A DNA stretch of 64,000 nt. Source: Nitrospinales bacterium (GTDB lineage: Bacteria; Nitrospinota; Nitrospinia; Nitrospinales; VA-1). Of this stretch, positions 58,595 to 64,000 are shown in pieces; the first letter of the stretch is position 1; every line of letters begins with the position of its first letter. The position numbers and the translations under genes were made by a program. The notes under the pieces are model-generated. The model was given only the letters and a program-made list of their open reading frames with translations, was not told the DNA's origin and searched no databases. Location of the stretch: NCBI GenBank assembly GCA_965223795.1, contig CBDCXL010000001.1, positions 1 to 64,000 on the forward strand, in the 5' to 3' direction.

Positions 58595-59923
58595 ATGCCA
58601 TTCCGAGCCTGGTTCCAGTGCATCAACGATTGTCCGACCCAGTACGATCTCACTGAGATCGTCTACCGCTGCAAAGACTGCGGCGAGCTTCTGGAAGTGC
58701 GCCACGACATGGACCGGCTGCGCGTGCGCTCGGGCGAAGAATGGAAAAACCTGTTTCAGGAACGCTACCGCACCAACGAGTGGCCGTACGGCAGTTCCGT
58801 CTGGGGCAAGAAAGAGCTGGTGTGCCCGAACGTGGACAACGAGAACATCGTCTCGACCTACGAGGGCGGCACCAACCTGTTCTGGGCCGAACGGCTGGGC
58901 AAGCAGCTGGGCCTGGAGGATCTTTGGGTCAAGCAGTGCGGCATGGCGCACACGGGTTCCTTCAAGGATCTCGGAATGACGGTGCTGGTCTCGATGGTCA
59001 AGCAGATGATCTCGGAAGGAAAGAAGATCCGAGCGGTGGCCTGCGCCTCCACGGGAGACACCTCGGCGGCGCTGGCGGCGTACTGCGCGGTGGCGGGGAT
59101 TCCGGCGATCGTGTTTCTTCCCAAGAACAAGGTTTCGCTGACTCAATTGATCCAGCCGATCACGCACGGGGTGTTGACGCTTTCGCTCGACACGGATTTC
59201 GACGGCTGCATGAAGCTGGTGCAGAAGGTCTGCGCCGAAAACGAGATCTATCTGGCCAATTCGATGAACTCGCTGCGCATCGAGGGGCAGAAGACCATCA
59301 GTTTCGAACTGGTGCAGCAGAACAACTGGAGCGTGCCGGACTTTGTAGTGGTGCCGGGCGGCAACCTGGGAAACGTCAGCGCGGTGGGCAAGGGATTCAA
59401 GATGCTGCACGACCTGGGGGTGATCGACAAGCTGCCGCGCCTGGTCTGCGCCCAGGCGGAGCGCGCCGATCCGCTGTACCGCAGCTACAAGACCGGGTTC
59501 AAGACCTTCAAGCCGGTGCACGCGAAAAAGACGCTGGCCAGCGCGATCCAGATCGGCGATCCGGTCAGCGTGAAGAAAGCCATCCGGGCGCTGCAGGAAT
59601 TCGACGGCATCGTCGAGGAAGCCACGGAAAACGAACTGGCCAACGCCGCCGGCAAGGCCAACCGCACCGGGCTTCTGTGCTGCCCGCACACCGCGGTCGC
59701 CCTGGCGGTGGTGGAAAAGCTCGCCAAACGCGGGGAACTCAAACCCAAGGACCACATCGTCGTGCTGTCCACGGCGAACGGCCTGAAATTCACCGATTTT
59801 CTGTACAAGTACCACACCGACAAGCTGCGCGGCATCCAGTCGGATTACGCCTTCACACCGGTCGAGCTGCCGGCGGATTATTCTCAGGTGCGCGACACCA
59901 TTCTGGAGAAGATCGAAGCATGA
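58595..59923 (+). CDS. thrC: Threonine synthase
   Basis: TGSFKDLG, CASTGDTSAA, NSMNSLRIEGQKT, PGGNLGN; follows hom. Confidence 0.93.
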   Translation: MPFRAWFQCINDCPTQYDLTEIVYRCKDCGELLEVRHDMDRLRVRSGEEWKNLFQERYRTNEWPYGSSVWGKKELVCPNVDNENIVSTYEGGTNLFWAERLGKQLGLEDLWVKQCGMAHTGSFKDLGMTVLVSMVKQMISEGKKIRAVACASTGDTSAALAAYCAVAGIPAIVFLPKNKVSLTQLIQPITHGVLTLSLDTDFDGCMKLVQKVCAENEIYLANSMNSLRIEGQKTISFELVQQNNWSVPDFVVVPGGNLGNVSAVGKGFKMLHDLGVIDKLPRLVCAQAERADPLYRSYKTGFKTFKPVHAKKTLASAIQIGDPVSVKKAIRALQEFDGIVEEATENELANAAGKANRTGLLCCPHTAVALAVVEKLAKRGELKPKDHIVVLSTANGLKFTDFLYKYHTDKLRGIQSDYAFTPVELPADYSQVRDTILEKIEA

Positions 59924-60699
59924 ACCTCCGCCCTGACAAAAAAAATCGCAGCAAAACTTTATGGCGCGAATTTCAAATCCTCGCAGCCGGGATCGTCATC
60001 TTAGGGGCATCCTGGGCGGATTTGGCGTACGCCGGGGAGCCGAAACGGGTGCCGATTCCCGCAGGGGAATTTCAAATGGGGGATGCGTACTGCGCCGAGG
60101 AGCAGGGCAACGCCGACTGGTGCCGCGACGAGACGCCGCATGCGGTCCGCCTCGACGCATACGCGATCGATGCGCACGAAGTCACCAACGCCGAATACCG
60201 CAAGTGTTTTCAGGCGGGCGTCTGCGACCCGGTGCCGCTGCACGAGGAACGGCCCAAGGATTTCAACCAGGGCAGGCAGCCGGTGGTGTTCGTGACGTGG
60301 AAGGACGCGATGACCTACTGCAAGTGGAAAGGCGGGCGGCTGCCCACCGAAGCGGAGTGGGAGCGCGCGGCCAGCGGCGACGATCCCGGCGGCGCGCATT
60401 TCGGCGAGGTCTACAAGCAGGGCATGCCGCGCAAGGTCGGCGGGTTCAACCCGAATTCCAACGGGCTGTACGACATGATGGGCAACGTGTACGAGTGGAC
60501 GCTCGACTGGTACGGGCCTCTGGAAACCTCCGGCGTTCAGGAAAACCCGGTTGGCCCCGAAACCGGAAAGGAAAAAGTGGTGCGGGGCGGGTCGTGGTTG
60601 TCGCCCAGCCATTATCTCAGGACCTCGGACCGGGTGGCGAAAACACCGGATCTCAGATACAGCGATGTGGGGTTCCGCTGCGTTGTCCCCGCTCAATGA
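59920..60699 (+). CDS. Formylglycine-generating enzyme (SUMF1/EgtB/PvdO) family exported protein
   Basis: EVTN..Y, PVV.V.W, RLPTEAEWE.AA, GLYDM.GNV.EW, RGGSW, GFRC. Confidence 0.9.
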   Translation: MNLRPDKKNRSKTLWREFQILAAGIVILGASWADLAYAGEPKRVPIPAGEFQMGDAYCAEEQGNADWCRDETPHAVRLDAYAIDAHEVTNAEYRKCFQAGVCDPVPLHEERPKDFNQGRQPVVFVTWKDAMTYCKWKGGRLPTEAEWERAASGDDPGGAHFGEVYKQGMPRKVGGFNPNSNGLYDMMGNVYEWTLDWYGPLETSGVQENPVGPETGKEKVVRGGSWLSPSHYLRTSDRVAKTPDLRYSDVGFRCVVPAQ

Positions 60700-60720
60700 A
60701 TAAGGAAAGGTGAAGGAATC

Positions 60721-61671
60721 ATGGCGGAAACGAAAAAGCTGGTGATCATCGGATCGGGCCCCGCGGGCCACACGGCGGCCATCTATGCGGCACGCGCAAA
60801 CCTGTCCCCCTTCATGTTCGAGGGCTATGTGGTGGGCGGCTCCGCGGGAGGCCAGCTGGTGACCACGACGGATGTGGAAAATTATCCCGGTTTCCCGGAA
60901 GGGGTCAGCGGCCCGGAACTGATGCAGCTGTTCCGCAAGCAGTCGGAACGGTTCGGCACCGAAATGGTGATGGAGGATGTGAGCGAGGTCGATTTCCGTT
61001 CGCGGCCGTTCACCATCAAATCGGACAACCGCGAACTCAAGGCCCATTCGGTCATCATCGCCACGGGCGCCACCGCGCGCCGCATGGGCGTGCCCAACGA
61101 GGAAGTATTGTGGAACAACGGCATGTCCGCCTGCGCGGTGTGTGACGGCGCGCTGCCCATGTTCCGCAACCATCCGCTCATGGTGATCGGCGGCGGCGAC
61201 ACGGCGGTGGAGGAGGCGACGTTTCTCACCAAGTTCGGCTCCAAGGTCTACATGGTGCACCGCCGCGACGAGCTGCGCGCCTCCAAGATCATGCAGCAGC
61301 GGGCGTTCGACAACCCCAAGCTGGACATCGTCTGGGACACGGTGCTGGAAGACGCGGTGGGCACCGAGTACGTGACCGGCGCGAAGCTCAAGAACGTCAA
61401 AACCGGCGAGCAGACGGAAGTCGAAGTGGCGGGCATCTTCTACGCGATCGGCCACACTCCCAACACGCAAGTGTTCAAAGGCCAGATCGACCTGGAAGAG
61501 AACGGTTACATCAAGATCAAGCCCGGCACGCAGGAGACCAGCGTGGAAGGCATCTACGCCGCGGGTGACGTGCACGACCACAAATACCGCCAGGCGGTCA
61601 CGGCGGCGGGGACCGGCTGCGCCGCGGCCCTGGAAAGCGAGCGCTGGCTCACCGAAAAAGGCCTGGCCTGA
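60721..61671 (+). CDS. trxB: Thioredoxin-disulfide reductase
   Basis: GSGPAG, GGQL..TT.VENYPGF, CAVCDG, GGGD.A.EEA, YRQAVTAAG.GC. Confidence 0.96.
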   Translation: MAETKKLVIIGSGPAGHTAAIYAARANLSPFMFEGYVVGGSAGGQLVTTTDVENYPGFPEGVSGPELMQLFRKQSERFGTEMVMEDVSEVDFRSRPFTIKSDNRELKAHSVIIATGATARRMGVPNEEVLWNNGMSACAVCDGALPMFRNHPLMVIGGGDTAVEEATFLTKFGSKVYMVHRRDELRASKIMQQRAFDNPKLDIVWDTVLEDAVGTEYVTGAKLKNVKTGEQTEVEVAGIFYAIGHTPNTQVFKGQIDLEENGYIKIKPGTQETSVEGIYAAGDVHDHKYRQAVTAAGTGCAAALESERWLTEKGLA

Positions 61672-61836
61672 TCCCTCCTATCCGCGAAATACCCTGAAAA
61701 TCCGCTCTTTCCCCGAAAGCGCCGGGCCTGCCATCGCATTGCTTTTCCCGCATCTGGCTTGACAAAGCCCTGCCGCGATCCTATTTCCCCTACAGCGAAT
61801 TGACATTCCATCCCTTTTTCAAAGGAAACGACCTTC

Positions 61837-64000
61837 ATGCGATTCGACCGGATGACCATCAAATTACAGGAAGCCGTGGCGCAGTCCCAGACGCTTGCGG
61901 AAGAAGCGAAGCAGCAGGCCCTCGAGAACGAGCACCTGCTTTGCACCCTGCTGGGTGAGCCCGAGGGGGTGTGCGCGGTTCTGGTCAAGAAAGTGGGCGT
62001 CGAGCCCGGCAAACTGCTGGCCGAGTTGGACGCCAAGCGCAAAAGCTATCCCTCCGTGACGGGAGGCCAGGTGTATCTGGGCGCGTCGCTCAAGGAAACA
62101 CTGGAAAAGGCGTTCGAAGAAGCGCGGCAGATGAAGGACGAATTTCTCAGCGCCGAGCACGTGCTGCTGGCGGTGGCGAAAAACGCCAAATCCGCGGCGG
62201 GGAAGATCTTCCAGAAACTGGGGCTGACGCACGACACGCTGCTCCAGGCGCTACAGACCCTGCGCGGCAGCCAGCGCATCACAGATCAGAATCCCGAATC
62301 GAAATACCAGGTGCTGGAAAAATTCTGCATCGATCTCACGGAAAAGGCCCGCTCTGAAAAACTGGACCCGGTGGTGGGCCGCGACAGCGAGATCCGCAGG
62401 GTGATCCAGGTGCTGTCGCGCCGCACCAAGAACAACCCGGTGCTCATCGGCGAGCCGGGCGTCGGCAAGACGGCCATCGTCGAAGGGCTGGCGCAGCGCA
62501 TCCACCGCCGCGACGTGCCGGAGGGCCTCAAGGACAAGCGCATCCTCATGCTCGATCTCGGGCAGCTGGTCGCGGGCACCAAGTACCGCGGCGAGTTCGA
62601 GGACCGGCTGAAAGCGGTGCTCAAGGAAATCAACCACAGCGAAGGCGAGATCATTCTTTTCATCGACGAGATGCACACGCTGGTGGGCGCGGGTTCGGCG
62701 GAAGGTTCGATGGACGCGTCCAACATGCTCAAGCCCGCGCTGGCGCGCGGCGAGCTGCACTGCGTGGGCGCAACGACACTGGGCGAGTACCGCAAGCACA
62801 TCGAAAAAGACCCCGCGCTGGAACGGCGGTTTCAGCCGGTCATGGTCGGGGAACCGAGCGTCGAGGACACCGTCTCCATCCTTCGCGGACTCAAGGGACG
62901 CTATGAAGTGCACCACGGCGTGCGCATTCAGGACGCGGCGATCCTGGCGGCGGCGCGGCTGTCGCACCGCTACATCGCAGACCGGTTTCTGCCGGACAAG
63001 GCCATCGACCTGATCGACGAAGCCGCGTCCAGCCTGCGCATGCAGATCGATTCGATGCCGTCGGAGATCGACAGCTTCCAGAGAAAGATCACGCAGCTTG
63101 AGATCGAACGCGAAGCGCTCAAGAAAGAAGACGACGCCGAATCGCGACGCCGTCTGGAAAGCATCGGCGAGGAAATCGACGCGCTGAAGAAATCCTGCTC
63201 GATCATGCAGGAGCAGTGGAAGCAGGAGAAGCGCATCATCGAAGAGAAGCGCGCGCTCAAGGAAAAGATCGAGTCCACCCGCACCGAAGCGGAGAATGCC
63301 GAGCGGGAAGGCAAGCTCGAACACGCGGCGGAGCTCAAGTACGGTTCGCTGCCGCGCCTGCAGTCTGAAGCGGAAGCGCTGGAGAAAAAACTGGCCGACG
63401 CGCAGGGCGAACGCAAGATGCTCAACGAGGAAGTGGGCGAGGAGGAAATCTGCGCCATCATCGCGCGCTGGACGGGCATTCCCGTCGAGCGCATGCTGCA
63501 GTCCGAAAAGCAGCGGCTTCTGGAAATGGAGGACGTCATCAAGAAACGCGTCATCGGCCAGGACGACGCGGTGCGGCTGGTTGCGAACGCCATCCGGCGG
63601 GCGCGCGCGGGGCTGCAGGAACCGAACCGGCCCATCGGCACGTTTCTGTTCCTCGGGCCGACGGGCGTGGGCAAGACCCAGCTGGCGCGGTCGCTGGCGG
63701 AATTTCTGTTCGACGACGAGCAGGCGATGGTGCGCATCGACATGTCCGAGTACATGGAGAAGCATTCGGTCGCGCGGCTCATCGGCGCGCCTCCGGGCTA
63801 CGTCGGCTACGACGAAGGCGGCTACCTGACCGAGCACGTGCGCCGCAAACCGTATTCGGTGGTGCTGTTCGACGAGATCGAAAAAGCGCACCCGGACGTG
63901 TTCAACGTCTTTTTGCAGATCCTCGATGAAGGCCGTTTGACGGACGGGCAGGGCAAGACCGTCGACTTCAAGAACACGGTGGTGCTGATGACCTCCAACA
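61837..64000 (+). CDS. clpB: ATP-dependent chaperone ClpB, 3' end beyond the window
   Basis: Not in the ORF track. [13 protein letters not shown]..., [20 protein letters not shown], coiled-coil middle domain, [21 protein letters not shown]. Confidence 0.95.
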   Translation, partial: MRFDRMTIKLQEAVAQSQTLAEEAKQQALENEHLLCTLLGEPEGVCAVLVKKVGVEPGKLLAELDAKRKSYPSVTGGQVYLGASLKETLEKAFEEARQMKDEFLSAEHVLLAVAKNAKSAAGKIFQKLGLTHDTLLQALQTLRGSQRITDQNPESKYQVLEKFCIDLTEKARSEKLDPVVGRDSEIRRVIQVLSRRTKNNPVLIGEPGVGKTAIVEGLAQRIHRRDVPEGLKDKRILMLDLGQLVAGTKYRGEFEDRLKAVLKEINHSEGEIILFIDEMHTLVGAGSAEGSMDASNMLKPALARGELHCVGATTLGEYRKHIEKDPALERRFQPVMVGEPSVEDTVSILRGLKGRYEVHHGVRIQDAAILAAARLSHRYIADRFLPDKAIDLIDEAASSLRMQIDSMPSEIDSFQRKITQLEIEREALKKEDDAESRRRLESIGEEIDALKKSCSIMQEQWKQEKRIIEEKRALKEKIESTRTEAENAEREGKLEHAAELKYGSLPRLQSEAEALEKKLADAQGERKMLNEEVGEEEICAIIARWTGIPVERMLQSEKQRLLEMEDVIKKRVIGQDDAVRLVANAIRRARAGLQEPNRPIGTFLFLGPTGVGKTQLARSLAEFLFDDEQAMVRIDMSEYMEKHSVARLIGAPPGYVGYDEGGYLTEHVRRKPYSVVLFDEIEKAHPDVFNVFLQILDEGRLTDGQGKTVDFKNTVVLMTSN

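Noticed and set aside
58741..59919. 652-aa ORF as an N-terminally extended SUMF1 protein
   Set aside because: The extension overlaps thrC in another frame. The plausible start is ATG 59920, followed by a signal peptide.
61759..61787. Sigma-70 promoter for clpB (TTGACA-N17-TATTTC)
   Set aside because: The -35 is perfect but the -10 is weak and no CIRCE-like operator is visible; too uncertain to list.

Overview
Bacterial chromosomal window with several accessory blocks. The gene content resembles a marine chemolithoautotroph such as a Nitrospina-like nitrite oxidiser; this is an inference, and no marker gene is present. (1) 1-29687 is a mosaic island downstream of tRNA-Pro(CGG) at 29688-29764 (- strand). 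Two decayed copies of the tRNA 3' half (about 6202 and 9355) divide it into modules. The left part holds an EEP nuclease, outer-membrane, ankyrin and TPR genes. The middle is a pilV/W/X minor-pilin cassette. The large right module holds a group 3b [NiFe]-hydrogenase operon with hyp genes, a divergent NfnAB-type transhydrogenase, a P-type ATPase, ion-homeostasis genes and an IS3 relic. (2) 29771-43656 is mostly core, GC-rich: radical SAM, cmoA, leuA, gltBD, a K+ channel and a symporter. (3) 44053-54797 is a lower-GC operon and the most unusual system here. A DabA/DUF2309 beta-carbonic-anhydrase-like gene heads a complete Mrp-type membrane module (E, F, G, DUF4040/B, B, C, D) plus NuoL-like and NuoM-like subunits. 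The NuoL-like lateral helix is lengthened by a 27-aa tandem repeat. (4) 54856-64000 is core: uppP, an aminotransferase, hom, thrC, a SUMF1-family gene, trxB and partial clpB. All calls come from reading translations and motifs by eye; no searches were run.
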